Positions 51,982 through 62,096 of a DNA stretch of 64,000 nt are shown here, one piece after another. The DNA comes from an uncultured virus (IMG/VR IMGVR_UViG_3300015375_000848) (Duplodnaviria; Heunggongvirae; Uroviricota; Caudoviricetes): the IMG/VR virus record IMGVR_UViG_3300015375_000848, one strand, 5' to 3'. The translations under genes were made by a program, and so were the position numbers. Position 1 is the first letter of the stretch. Each line of letters begins with the position of its first letter. The notes below the pieces were generated by a model. That model was not told the DNA's origin, made no database searches, and saw only the letters and a program-made list of their open reading frames with translations.

Positions 51982-54804
51982 ATGCCTCTATCTAACATAA
52001 ATATTACTGTTAGCACGGGGCTGTCCTACGTGGCGGGTGACTTCGTGCAAGTAAGTTATGATGCAAATAATTACATCGTTGGAGAGGTTGTTTCTTACAA
52101 TTCCAACAGTGGGGCTATGGTTATTGCCCCTACTACTTTTGTAGGGAGTGGAACGTATTCAAACTGGTCGGTTAATCTTACTGGCTCTAATGGTACTGCT
52201 GGTACTTCGGGAACATCTGGAACGGATGGAAGTAGTGGTTTAAGTAGAACGAGTGGCTCCGCTGGAACAAGTGGTACGACAGCTACTGCTGGAACATCAG
52301 CAAATTCTGGCTCTAGCGGTACCTCTGGTACATCAGGAACAAGTGGTACAACGGCTCAATCTTCAACAGCGGGCTCTAGTGGTACATCTGGCTCTTCGGC
52401 TACAAGTGGCACTAGTGCAACATCTGGAAGCTCTGCGACATCTGGTACGTCTGCTTCGTCTGGGACAAGTGGTTTAGTTGATGGAACCTCTGGAACGTCA
52501 GGGACTTCTGGTTCTGCTGGATTAAGTGGCTCTTCTGGCACGTCTGGGAGCTCTGGAACGCACGGTTTACAAGACGGTACCTCTGGAGCAACTGGCACCT
52601 CTGGCTCTTCAGGAACGTCAGGTTCAAACGGCACTAGCGGTGCTAGTATAAATATAGTAGGCTCTTCAGGAAGTAGTGGGGTCAGTGGTAGTTCAGGTAC
52701 GGCAGGCTCTTCTGGTGTTTCAAATATTTCAGGTACTAGTGGTGTGGCGGGCAGCTCGGGACTTTCCAATTCAAACGGCTCTGCGGGCACTAGTGGGCTA
52801 AGCAATACGGCTGGTTCTAACGGTACTGCTGGGTCTTCAGGCACTGGAGGTACAAATGGAACTGCTGGCTCAAACGGGGTAAGTGGCTTATCTGGTACTT
52901 CTGCAACTTCTGGTTCTTCTGGAACGAATGGTGTTTCAGGAACATCGGGGGCAAATGGAACCTCTGGAAGCTCTGCTACTACGGGTACCAACGGTACTAA
53001 CGGCTCAACGGGTACTAATGGTGTGAGCGGTACATCGGGTTCTTCAGCTTCGTCTGGAACCAGTGGCACAAACGGTACATCTGGCTCCTCTGGAATAAAC
53101 GGACAGATAGGCTCATCTGGCACAACTGGTACTAGCGGGACATCAGGCTCTTCAGGTGGAGCGGGAGCGAGCGGAACCTCTGGCTCAAACGGAACAAATG
53201 GAACATCGGGTAGCTCTGGTGCAGCAAGTTCCAGTGGCGCAAATGGGGTATCTGGCACGTCTGGAACCTCTGGAAGCTCTGGTACATCAGGCTCTAGTGG
53301 TACTTCTGGGCTTAGTGGAACATCAGGTTCTTCAGGAACATCGGGAAGCAATGGAACCTCTGGCTCATCGGGCACGTCTGGACTAAGTAATACCTCTGGC
53401 TCTTCTGGCACGTCTGGAACGAGTGGCTCAAACGGAACGTCTGGCTCCTCTGGAACCAACGGTTCTTCAGGTAGTTCTGGCACCTCTGGAACAAGTGGAA
53501 CATATGGTGTTTTTGGACTTAACGGTTCTTCGGGTACTTCAGGAAGCACTGGAACAAGTGGAACGTTCGCTTCAAATGGTACATCAGGCTCAAACGGGAC
53601 TACTGGCTCTAACGGAACTACTGGCACGGCTGGAACGAGTGGAACAAACGGAGTAAACGGAGTTAATGGAACTAGTGGAACAAACGGCACTAATGCTACA
53701 TCGGGTAGTAGTGGAAAAAGCTATGGTGGAAATACAGACCCAGCAACATCGGGAACCAGTGGAACATCGGGAGCTACTGGGGCAGCTGGAGTTAGCGGTG
53801 TTAACGGAGCAGCGGGCGCAAATGGAGCTAATGGAGTTAGTGGTACAAGCGGTTGCTTGTTTGATACCCCATTTATTGATTATTCCAGTCAAAACATGTA
53901 TCCATGTGCTGGATTTGGCGGAAATACAGTTAATAAAGCTGAAAATACTCTTTTGTCTGGTACAGCCAATTCTATTTGCATGCTATGCTGTAATGTTGAT
54001 TCATTATATCATAATTTTATAGGGGGTGGCTATAATAATTCAATTGTACTAAATAAATTTGACAATTACGATATTGAAGCAATTTCAAATGGCAATGCAA
54101 TCGGAGGGGGAGTAAGCAACGAAATTTGGGTATATCTCGACCAACAGGGTGGATTCAATGAATTGAACGCAATAGGAGGAGGTAGTGGAAATTCCATAAA
54201 AAACTGCATAGGTGGAAAGGGTTGGGGTTTTGGTAATCATTCTTCAAATGCTATAGCAGGCGGTAGACTCAATGGAATGTGTGCTGGGGCTTATAATAGT
54301 GCAATTCTGGGAGGATGTTCTAGTATTATTTGTTCTAATACAACATGTAGTGTTGTCGGAGGTTCTGGTCTTACTTTAGATGGCATATTTGGTGAAGCAA
54401 CCTTTGATGCAATAGCTAAAATATCAACAAACTTTGCTATTAAACATCCCAATCCAGATAAATGCTCCACTTGGCAACTTCGTCATGCAAACGTAGAGTC
54501 ACCTACAGCGGGTGATAATATATATAGATATAAAGTAAAAACAAATAACTGCCAAGCTTATGTAGAGCTTCCATCATATTACAAGTTTTTAAATGAATTT
54601 GACCAAGTGTGGGTTAGCCCTACAGACCATCTTGGAAAAGCATGGGCGTGCGTTAATGCTGACCAAACATGTGTTGAAGTAAACTCAAATTGTGATGGCG
54701 ATTACTACCTTTTAGTTGTTGGAACAAGAAAAGATGAATGTGGTAAAAAATTCTGGCAAGGAACCGAACACTATTCTGTACCAACTCATATTGTTGATTA
54801 TTAA
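51982..54804 (+). CDS. Collagen-like fibre protein paralog B
   Basis: Same architecture as 48868. Confidence 0.85.
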   Translation: MPLSNINITVSTGLSYVAGDFVQVSYDANNYIVGEVVSYNSNSGAMVIAPTTFVGSGTYSNWSVNLTGSNGTAGTSGTSGTDGSSGLSRTSGSAGTSGTTATAGTSANSGSSGTSGTSGTSGTTAQSSTAGSSGTSGSSATSGTSATSGSSATSGTSASSGTSGLVDGTSGTSGTSGSAGLSGSSGTSGSSGTHGLQDGTSGATGTSGSSGTSGSNGTSGASINIVGSSGSSGVSGSSGTAGSSGVSNISGTSGVAGSSGLSNSNGSAGTSGLSNTAGSNGTAGSSGTGGTNGTAGSNGVSGLSGTSATSGSSGTNGVSGTSGANGTSGSSATTGTNGTNGSTGTNGVSGTSGSSASSGTSGTNGTSGSSGINGQIGSSGTTGTSGTSGSSGGAGASGTSGSNGTNGTSGSSGAASSSGANGVSGTSGTSGSSGTSGSSGTSGLSGTSGSSGTSGSNGTSGSSGTSGLSNTSGSSGTSGTSGSNGTSGSSGTNGSSGSSGTSGTSGTYGVFGLNGSSGTSGSTGTSGTFASNGTSGSNGTTGSNGTTGTAGTSGTNGVNGVNGTSGTNGTNATSGSSGKSYGGNTDPATSGTSGTSGATGAAGVSGVNGAAGANGANGVSGTSGCLFDTPFIDYSSQNMYPCAGFGGNTVNKAENTLLSGTANSICMLCCNVDSLYHNFIGGGYNNSIVLNKFDNYDIEAISNGNAIGGGVSNEIWVYLDQQGGFNELNAIGGGSGNSIKNCIGGKGWGFGNHSSNAIAGGRLNGMCAGAYNSAILGGCSSIICSNTTCSVVGGSGLTLDGIFGEATFDAIAKISTNFAIKHPNPDKCSTWQLRHANVESPTAGDNIYRYKVKTNNCQAYVELPSYYKFLNEFDQVWVSPTDHLGKAWACVNADQTCVEVNSNCDGDYYLLVVGTRKDECGKKFWQGTEHYSVPTHIVDY

Positions 54805-54806
54805 AC

Positions 54807-57482
54807 ATGCCGTTTAGCAATATAAATATTACCACTAGTACGGGTCTTGATTACAAAATCAATGACTTCATAAATTTGCAGTATGATGCAAACACTATCA
54901 TTTATGGTCGTGTGGTTTCATACAATTCGAATACGGGAGCTATGACCCTTACTCCTCTTTCTTTTTCAGGCGCAAACGGAGCATATAATTCATGGGAAGT
55001 ACAACTTAGTGGTCAACACGGCTCTGCTGGAACAAACGGAACAGCTGGTTCATCAGGTACTTCTGGCTCTGCTGCTAGCTCTGGTACGTCTGCATCTTCA
55101 GGTAGTTCTGCTTTAAGTGGAACTAATGGTGAAAATGGCTCTTCTGCTTTAGATGCCTTAAGTGGGTCTACTGGAACAGCTGGGACAGCTGGGGAATCAG
55201 GTACATCTGGAGCGAGTGGTTCTTCAGCAATCAATGGAACAGATGGCTCAAATGGAACAAGTGCAGCTAGCGGTCAATCTGCAACTAGTGGCACATCTGG
55301 TTCTAGAGGCTCTTCTGCCTCATCTGGAACAAGTGGTACATCTGGTTCAAATGCAACCAGCGGTCTAGCAGCTAGCTCTGGAACGTCAGGAACAAGTGGT
55401 ACAAACGCTTCTAATGGCACTTCAGGCTCTTCAACCCAATCTGGGTCTTCTGGTACCTCTGGCACTACGGCTACCTCTGGAAGCTCTGGAACCTCTGGTT
55501 CTGCTGGAACAACGGGTGCCAATGGGTCAAGTGGAACGCAAGGTTCAAGAGGAACTACGGGAACTAGTGGAACATCTGGTTCTGTAGGTACTAGCGGTAC
55601 ATCAGGTTCAACTGGTACTACTGGTGCTAACGGCTCAAGTGGTAACAGCGGTCAATCAGCTACCTCTGGCTCAAATGGCACAAACGGCACATCAGGTTCA
55701 ACGGGTGCTAATGGTGCTTCTACAATTTCTTCTACATCGGGTTCAAACGGCACATCAGGAACAAATGGTTCAAGTGGCGTTTCAGGCTCTGCAACAGCTA
55801 ATGCAACAAGTGGCTCATCAGGTACTTCTGCCTCAAATGGTTCAAGCGGTGTATCAGGAGCATCAACACTAAGTCAGTTAAGCGGTACTTCTGGTACTAG
55901 TGGTTCTACTGGAACTAATGGTACGTCAGGAGTCTCTGGTGCATCTGGAACCTCTGGGTCTTCTGGAACTGGTGGTGCAAATAGCTCAAGTGGAACTTCT
56001 GGTGTGTCTGGAACCAGTGGCAGCTCTGCTAGCTCTGGAACCTCTGGAACAAGCGGTTCAAGCGGTGCAAATGGTGTTTCTACGGGCTCTGGAACATCAG
56101 GCTCTTCAGGATTAAGCGGATTAACGGGTAATTCTGGCGGTTCTGGAGTTTCAACGGCTTCGGGAACATCAGGGTCTTCTGGAGTAAGTGGCACTTCAGG
56201 CTCGGCTGGCGCAAGTGGAGTTAGTGGCGCAAGTGGAACCTCTGGCTCATCTGGTGTTTCAGGAACGAGTGGTAGCAGTGGAACTAGTGGGCTTTCGGGT
56301 CTAAGCACTAGCTCTGGGACTAATGGAACAAGCGGTGTTTCAGGTTCTTCAGGTACAAGCGGGGTTAGTGGTGTAAGTGGTAGCTCTACTACAAGCGGGG
56401 TTAGCGGTACTTCAGGCTCTTCTGGGAATAGTGGTGTTTCTGGTCAAAGTTCAACATCTGGCTCAAACGGAACAAATGGAAGCAGTGGTTTAAGTGCTCT
56501 TTCTGGGCTGTCAACAAGCTCTGGAACTTCTGGTACTTTTGGTTCTAATGGTCTTAGTGGTGCTTCAGGGGTAGCGGGGGGAGCAGGAAGCAATGGAACA
56601 AGTGGTGCTGCTGGAGCAGCTGGTTCTAGTGGAACAAATGGTGATAGCGGGACAACTACGTGCTATGCAATTATTTATACAAATAGTTGTTCTAGCTTAG
56701 TAACTCCTTGTGTTGGTCATACAATGGCCAATACTTATAACTCCGCAGCAATTGGTGGTTGTGCACACACTCTTTGTGATACAAGTTATACCGTTGCTCT
56801 TGCGGGTGCAAGGAATTGTTTTTGCGTTGCAGACTCACAATATAGTGTAATACTTGGAGGAAGTGATAATAATCATAACTGTGATTGTGGTTATAATGTC
56901 GATATAGTCAGTTGCTGTTCACTAATGTCAGGTCGCTATAATGTTATTGTTGCTTCAGCTGCAAGCTGTACGGGAACAACAGCTAATACTTATCAATACT
57001 CATATATTTATGCTAGCTGTCTTGCATGTCTAGCAGATTATACTAATTCAGGAATTCTTGGTAGGTGTACCTTTGCTGCAACTGCTGCAAATACAACTTA
57101 TTTTAATAACATTGATAAAGCAAGTGGTGGTTTTACCATTCCCCATCCAGACCCACAAAAAACTAATACACATAGATTAGTACATCATTTTGTTGAAACA
57201 CCATCAGAGGGGGATAACCTATATAGATTTAAAATTTTAGTAGAAAACGGCTTCAAAAGATTTGAATTACCAGACTATTATAAGTTCTTGAATAAAAATA
57301 CAATAACAACAGTTTCTCCAGTTGGCCATTTTGGAAATGCATATGTTACCGTATTTGAAAATGAAAACTATATAGAAATTACAGCTGATACAGACGGAGA
57401 ATATAATATTTTACTGCTCGGAACAAGGAAAGACAGAGATATTAACGAAGTCTATCAAGGTATTGAAGTGCTATCAAAATGA
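54807..57482 (+). CDS. Collagen-like fibre protein paralog C
   Basis: Same architecture as 48868. Confidence 0.85.
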   Translation: MPFSNINITTSTGLDYKINDFINLQYDANTIIYGRVVSYNSNTGAMTLTPLSFSGANGAYNSWEVQLSGQHGSAGTNGTAGSSGTSGSAASSGTSASSGSSALSGTNGENGSSALDALSGSTGTAGTAGESGTSGASGSSAINGTDGSNGTSAASGQSATSGTSGSRGSSASSGTSGTSGSNATSGLAASSGTSGTSGTNASNGTSGSSTQSGSSGTSGTTATSGSSGTSGSAGTTGANGSSGTQGSRGTTGTSGTSGSVGTSGTSGSTGTTGANGSSGNSGQSATSGSNGTNGTSGSTGANGASTISSTSGSNGTSGTNGSSGVSGSATANATSGSSGTSASNGSSGVSGASTLSQLSGTSGTSGSTGTNGTSGVSGASGTSGSSGTGGANSSSGTSGVSGTSGSSASSGTSGTSGSSGANGVSTGSGTSGSSGLSGLTGNSGGSGVSTASGTSGSSGVSGTSGSAGASGVSGASGTSGSSGVSGTSGSSGTSGLSGLSTSSGTNGTSGVSGSSGTSGVSGVSGSSTTSGVSGTSGSSGNSGVSGQSSTSGSNGTNGSSGLSALSGLSTSSGTSGTFGSNGLSGASGVAGGAGSNGTSGAAGAAGSSGTNGDSGTTTCYAIIYTNSCSSLVTPCVGHTMANTYNSAAIGGCAHTLCDTSYTVALAGARNCFCVADSQYSVILGGSDNNHNCDCGYNVDIVSCCSLMSGRYNVIVASAASCTGTTANTYQYSYIYASCLACLADYTNSGILGRCTFAATAANTTYFNNIDKASGGFTIPHPDPQKTNTHRLVHHFVETPSEGDNLYRFKILVENGFKRFELPDYYKFLNKNTITTVSPVGHFGNAYVTVFENENYIEITADTDGEYNILLLGTRKDRDINEVYQGIEVLSK

Positions 57483-58349
57483 TTTCAATGATTTTATTAC
57501 GTTATCAATATTGAATATTTCTGTTTCTGTATTATAAGGAAACTCGTGTAGGGCTCCTACAATATTATATTTAGACAGAAATGCATTTCTTAAGTCAGGC
57601 TTTTTTGTTTCTGGATTTGATAAAATATTATCATGTAAATCATATCCAAACATTTTAGGAGTATTTGCAATCCATAAAACAGTTGATTTTAATTGAAGAG
57701 CAGCTGCCAAATGCTGGGCAAAACTATCTATAAGTAATCTTTTTTTACTAATAGCTAAAACTGTAGCTAACCCTTTGTAAGAATCATGAATCGGTATGGT
57801 ATTTGAATATGATATTTGGTCTTCCCTTCGTATGTGAAATATGTTATAAACATGGCTAAACTCTTCAATGATAGCATTTACAACACAAGATGGCATATCC
57901 CTTGCCCAAGAGTATTTTAAGTCTTGTTGGCCACCCCCATTAGTTTGTATTGCCATAATCGGCTTATCTGAAGCATACTTATTAGAGTAAAATTTGAATT
58001 CTCTCTCTGTAAGGAAAGCCTCTGGCATTTCTCCATTGTAAATGATATTATTCATTCTACACCAAGTAGCAATCGTATGTTCTTTCTTTAAAATGTGTTC
58101 AGTGTGAACATATGGTTCGTTAGCAAATACTAGTACATCATCTTGACCTTCCACATACTTTTGATAAAAATAGGACTCTTGGTGATGCGCAAAAGACATG
58201 TCCACATAAGGAACATTCAAAAAGACATCAGGATGTCCAGTAACGACAATCAAAAAGCTATCTGGGTATTGTTTTTTTATGGCTTTACAAACAGCGGTAG
58301 CCATTATTGATTTGCCCATTCCGCCACTTATACTGAAAATTATATTCAT
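57474..58349 (-). CDS. GT9-like (heptosyltransferase-fold) glycosyltransferase
   Basis: GGMGK.IM.TAV..AIKK.YP, LLIDSF.QH.AAAL...STVLW, FGY. Confidence 0.75.
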   Translation of the reverse strand: MNIIFSISGGMGKSIMATAVCKAIKKQYPDSFLIVVTGHPDVFLNVPYVDMSFAHHQESYFYQKYVEGQDDVLVFANEPYVHTEHILKKEHTIATWCRMNNIIYNGEMPEAFLTEREFKFYSNKYASDKPIMAIQTNGGGQQDLKYSWARDMPSCVVNAIIEEFSHVYNIFHIRREDQISYSNTIPIHDSYKGLATVLAISKKRLLIDSFAQHLAAALQLKSTVLWIANTPKMFGYDLHDNILSNPETKKPDLRNAFLSKYNIVGALHEFPYNTETEIFNIDNVIKSLKSF

Positions 58350-58350
58350 A

Positions 58351-59973
58351 TTATTTTGTATATATTCCGTAAGGTGATACTAGCACATCTATGATTCCAC
58401 TATTCAAATGGTTAAAAGCATTTTCAGGTGTTTCAACTATTGGCTCATTGTGTATGTTAAACGATGTATTGACTAATATTCCTACACCAAGTACATTATT
58501 TTTATAGGATTTCAATATTTTATAAAATAAATTATTACTTTTTTCGGTTACAATTTGAATCCTTGCTGTTTTGTCTACTGGGTGCACAACAGTTGGTATT
58601 TTTTCTTTCCAATCATCTTTAGTGTCAACAAGCATAGTCATAAATTCGGCAGTATATTTTGATTTCTGTATGTTAAATACTGTATCAACATCTTCGTCTA
58701 AAATAGCTGGAGCAAAAGGCATGTAGTCATTTCTTTCTAGCTTTTTATTAAGTATCTCATAAGTTTCTGGGTGAGTACAGTCACAAATTATGCTCCTATT
58801 ACCAAGTGCTCTTGCTCCGTGCTCGCTTCTACCTTGATAAAGACCTATAATTTTTTTATTTTTTAATAAATCGCATACAGATTCAATGTTTAGGTCTTCT
58901 CTCTTATACCCTATTGCAGCGTTATCAAATTCCTCTTTACTATATTCATTACCTAAAAAAACATCGTTTAACCTAAATGGCTTTAACTCTGGGTGTACTT
59001 TTTTAAGAGCTGCTATACAACAGCCATATGCTAGACCCTCATCTCCCATAGGGGGCAAAACAAAAACCTCATTGAATAGGGGTAATTCATTAATCTTTTT
59101 ATTCAGTTTTACATTAGCAAATATTCCCCCACTCAAAGCTAACTTCTTTGTATGTGGAACTCGCTGATGTAGATTTTTAATAAGTTCAATAATCTTTTCT
59201 TCAAATAAAATTTGAGCAGTACATGCTATATCCTGAATAGCTGATTTTGTTTTCCAATATTTAGAACCAATCGCTTCATAAAATTTAGTATAAAGGTCTA
59301 AATATATTTGACCAGCTTCAATATGGTGATTATCAGCATCTGTTTGAGAGCCCTCTATCTTTATCACGTCTTTCCAAGCATGATATAAATGGTGCCACAT
59401 GTTTCCATGTCCAGATAAACCGACTATTTTACCCTCGTCCTTAAGCCTTTTGAACCCTAACAATTCTGTGATGGCTGCGTAGAAATGACCAAGAGACTTT
59501 CTCTGGATTGTAATGCCATCAAGATACTCTAGTCTCCCTCTGGTGCCTAGATATGTCCTAGAGCTGTGACCATTTACGCCACCACTTGCATCTGCACAGA
59601 AAACAAGTGTATCTTCTTGAAAATCAGATAAATAGTAAGATAGGTTAGCGTGGGCTTCATGGTGGTCAACAAATATGTATTTTTCTTCAGCTATCTCATA
59701 TCTAAAAGCTGCAAAGAAAATTTCTTTAGCTGTTTGGTATGGAAAAAATGAAGTGAAGTAATCCATTTCTTCAAATGTTACACCATACCGTTGTTTTAAG
59801 CAATTTATTGATTGTACTGGATATCTTTCAAAGCTATTATCAAAATCCACATATGGTTTGATTCTTGTAAGTCTTTCTTCTTCTATTACAGCGACAACTT
59901 CTCCATCTCTAAAATAGCAAGCCCCGCATGAGTGTGCACCTGCTATGAATCCTAGAATTTTACAGCTTTTCAT
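58351..59973 (-). CDS. Carbamoyltransferase (NodU/CmcH family)
   Basis: EEERLTRIK, HH.AHA, SLG.FY..T..LGF....EGK..GL, GGIFANVKLN, P.MGD.G, RALGNRSI, PFAP, TARIQ, NTSFN.H.EPIV. Confidence 0.95.
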   Translation of the reverse strand: MKSCKILGFIAGAHSCGACYFRDGEVVAVIEEERLTRIKPYVDFDNSFERYPVQSINCLKQRYGVTFEEMDYFTSFFPYQTAKEIFFAAFRYEIAEEKYIFVDHHEAHANLSYYLSDFQEDTLVFCADASGGVNGHSSRTYLGTRGRLEYLDGITIQRKSLGHFYAAITELLGFKRLKDEGKIVGLSGHGNMWHHLYHAWKDVIKIEGSQTDADNHHIEAGQIYLDLYTKFYEAIGSKYWKTKSAIQDIACTAQILFEEKIIELIKNLHQRVPHTKKLALSGGIFANVKLNKKINELPLFNEVFVLPPMGDEGLAYGCCIAALKKVHPELKPFRLNDVFLGNEYSKEEFDNAAIGYKREDLNIESVCDLLKNKKIIGLYQGRSEHGARALGNRSIICDCTHPETYEILNKKLERNDYMPFAPAILDEDVDTVFNIQKSKYTAEFMTMLVDTKDDWKEKIPTVVHPVDKTARIQIVTEKSNNLFYKILKSYKNNVLGVGILVNTSFNIHNEPIVETPENAFNHLNSGIIDVLVSPYGIYTK

Positions 59974-61060
59974 TTTCTTCTATTTTTTTTATGACTTTTT
60001 CGCTTGTTATTAATTTGTGACATTCAAAATGTCGTGGAGTATCTTCATGGCGTGGGCACCACATCCAATTTCCCTTGTCGAATCTAAATTTTTCATCATG
60101 CCAACAAGAATGGCAAATGCTTTCATCGTAGATTCTTATTGTATTTGTAGTAAACTCATGGTCTTTATCGGTGAAGTTTGATATCATGTATACCCTCTTT
60201 CTTAAAGACCAAGCAAGCCAAGATAAACCACTGGAAAGACCCATGTAGAACTCACTATGATATATATAATTCATCGTGTTTTCGTAAGATATATCATTAA
60301 TTCTCAATAGGTTATTAAATTTTGACGTGACTTGACCTTGCATGTCATCTTCTTTAGATATTTCTACAACTTTATACCCTTTTTCAGTTAGGTAATCTAT
60401 AACATCTTGCCAGTAATACCACAATTTACATTGCGATGTAGAGTATATTGATATACAAACGTATTTATCATTAATTGGCTTTTCTTTTGGAGTAAAATCT
60501 ATTTCTGGAAGAATCTCCCTAAACGGCAAGTTTAGAATGTTTGTTGCGCTCTGTTGTAGTGGTATTAGAATAGGGTTAACTGGTTCTTTATCCTTTTCCC
60601 AGAACCATCCCACTTCAATCATTGCAATCAAATCTTTTACAACTTCTCCCCTCTCTGCAAACTCTAACTCTGGGTATTTGTTCTTGAAAAGATAATTTTT
60701 AAATGTAGATACAATTACTTTGCAATCATAGTGTTTTGCAAATTCCAAACAATATGGAATCCATGCCAAAGTATCGCCTAAAGCTTTACTTTCAAAAGAA
60801 ATAAAAACACGTTTTCCTTTTAATAGTTCTAAAAAATTTACTTGAGTAATGGTTCTTCCATCATATCTAACTATTACAGCGATATCCGAAAGGTATTTTC
60901 TAGATAATTGTGCCCAATGTCCTACCTTGAGTTTTACTTTGTATATTTCACTATTTGATTTTCTATCTACGAAAGAAACATCATACTCTCTATCCTTACC
61001 TTCGTCATCGGTTATTTGAAAGTACAAACCCTTAATATGATTAATATTATATTTTATCAT
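59960..61060 (-). CDS. Autotransporter O-heptosyltransferase-like (Aah/TibC family) glycosyltransferase
   Basis: GKRV.I.F....LGDTLAW.PY...F...Y.C, YVCI...ST..CK.W, GLSSGLSWLAW, ISNFT....EF, C..CW...W.WCP.H...FEC...I. Confidence 0.85.
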   Translation of the reverse strand: MIKYNINHIKGLYFQITDDEGKDREYDVSFVDRKSNSEIYKVKLKVGHWAQLSRKYLSDIAVIVRYDGRTITQVNFLELLKGKRVFISFESKALGDTLAWIPYCLEFAKHYDCKVIVSTFKNYLFKNKYPELEFAERGEVVKDLIAMIEVGWFWEKDKEPVNPILIPLQQSATNILNLPFREILPEIDFTPKEKPINDKYVCISIYSTSQCKLWYYWQDVIDYLTEKGYKVVEISKEDDMQGQVTSKFNNLLRINDISYENTMNYIYHSEFYMGLSSGLSWLAWSLRKRVYMISNFTDKDHEFTTNTIRIYDESICHSCWHDEKFRFDKGNWMWCPRHEDTPRHFECHKLITSEKVIKKIEENEKL

Positions 61061-61064
61061 TTAT

Positions 61065-62093
61065 TTAGATGTTAGAATATACATCAATGTATTTCTGTTG
61101 AATAGCCTCTGAACTTAAATGATGAAACTGGCTTACAGCATAATACATGTTTGAAAGAGTTTTTGCTGTATGATTCCAATCATATTGAAGTCTAAGCGAC
61201 TCCATTGTGTTTCGTATTTCAGAATAATTATTTATAATTTCATTGATTCTTGATACGACAGCATCTGTTGTGATTTCGGTGAGCTTAAACAAACCATATA
61301 TTTCTTTAGAACCTTTATATGTAGCTACAGTGGGTAGGCAGCAGCTCGCAGCTTCAAGTAGAGTTAAATTAGGATGTCCAGCCTCAAGCATAGATGGATG
61401 TAAAAAAATTGAATGGCTTTGATATATAGATAATAATTCTTCTTCAGTTGGATTTCTAGCAATAATATTTAATTTATCATATTCTTTTAAATCTTTGTGA
61501 ATTTCAAAAAATCTTTCGTTTGCATCAGTTCCAACAATAGTGATAGGAAGGTCAAGCTCTCTTGCTGCTTCTACTCCATAACGAAATCCTTTTCTGTCAA
61601 ATCCGTAGTCTCCAGCTAATCCATTATTAGCTACCATGAGTAATCTTATTGGTTCTGATAGGATTTCTGAAGGTCTAAAAAATTCAGTATTTACTGCATG
61701 CGATAGATAAAATAGTTTGTCTGTAGCATCGAAATAATCAATTAAATATTCAGCATGAGTTATAGAAAATATTGATTTTTTCATAGCTTCAAGATTGTGC
61801 TTGAAACAGTAGCTGTCCTTTCCGTAGTGTTCAGTATGGTGGTCATGTAGAGAAAATATGTATGGAATAGAATGTTTGTCTAGCTCTAAAGCAAGATTGC
61901 CCATGTGACAATGTATAAAGTCATATTCTCTCCATGTGTCAATTAATTCGTTTAAGTGCTTAATATGTACTTCATGCCCTAAATTCTCTAATGAAGATTT
62001 ATACTCTCTTACTATTTTTTCTACTGCACCCCAGCCCATTTGACCAACGGGCTTAATTGGTATCATACCAGTTGTAATTTGACAGATTTTCAT
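61065..62093 (-). CDS. Glycosyltransferase family 4 (GT-B)
   Basis: G.IPI...GWGAVEK, HCH, DRKG, FLHPS.LEAGHP.LTLLEA. Confidence 0.85.
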   Translation of the reverse strand: MKICQITTGMIPIKPVGQMGWGAVEKIVREYKSSLENLGHEVHIKHLNELIDTWREYDFIHCHMGNLALELDKHSIPYIFSLHDHHTEHYGKDSYCFKHNLEAMKKSIFSITHAEYLIDYFDATDKLFYLSHAVNTEFFRPSEILSEPIRLLMVANNGLAGDYGFDRKGFRYGVEAARELDLPITIVGTDANERFFEIHKDLKEYDKLNIIARNPTEEELLSIYQSHSIFLHPSMLEAGHPNLTLLEAASCCLPTVATYKGSKEIYGLFKLTEITTDAVVSRINEIINNYSEIRNTMESLRLQYDWNHTAKTLSNMYYAVSQFHHLSSEAIQQKYIDVYSNI

Positions 62094-62096
62094 ATT

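Noticed and set aside
43743..56308. Long minus-strand ORFs rich in PEVP/PLVP and alternative plus-frame ORFs rich in LEQ/VLQ
   Set aside because: These are shadow frames of the Gly/Thr/Ser codon repeats, which rarely generate stops; they have no leaders or independent domains.
43819..57482. InaZ-type ice-nucleation protein
   Set aside because: The periodicity is 3 residues (Gly-X-Y), not the 8/16-residue AGYGSTxT repeat.
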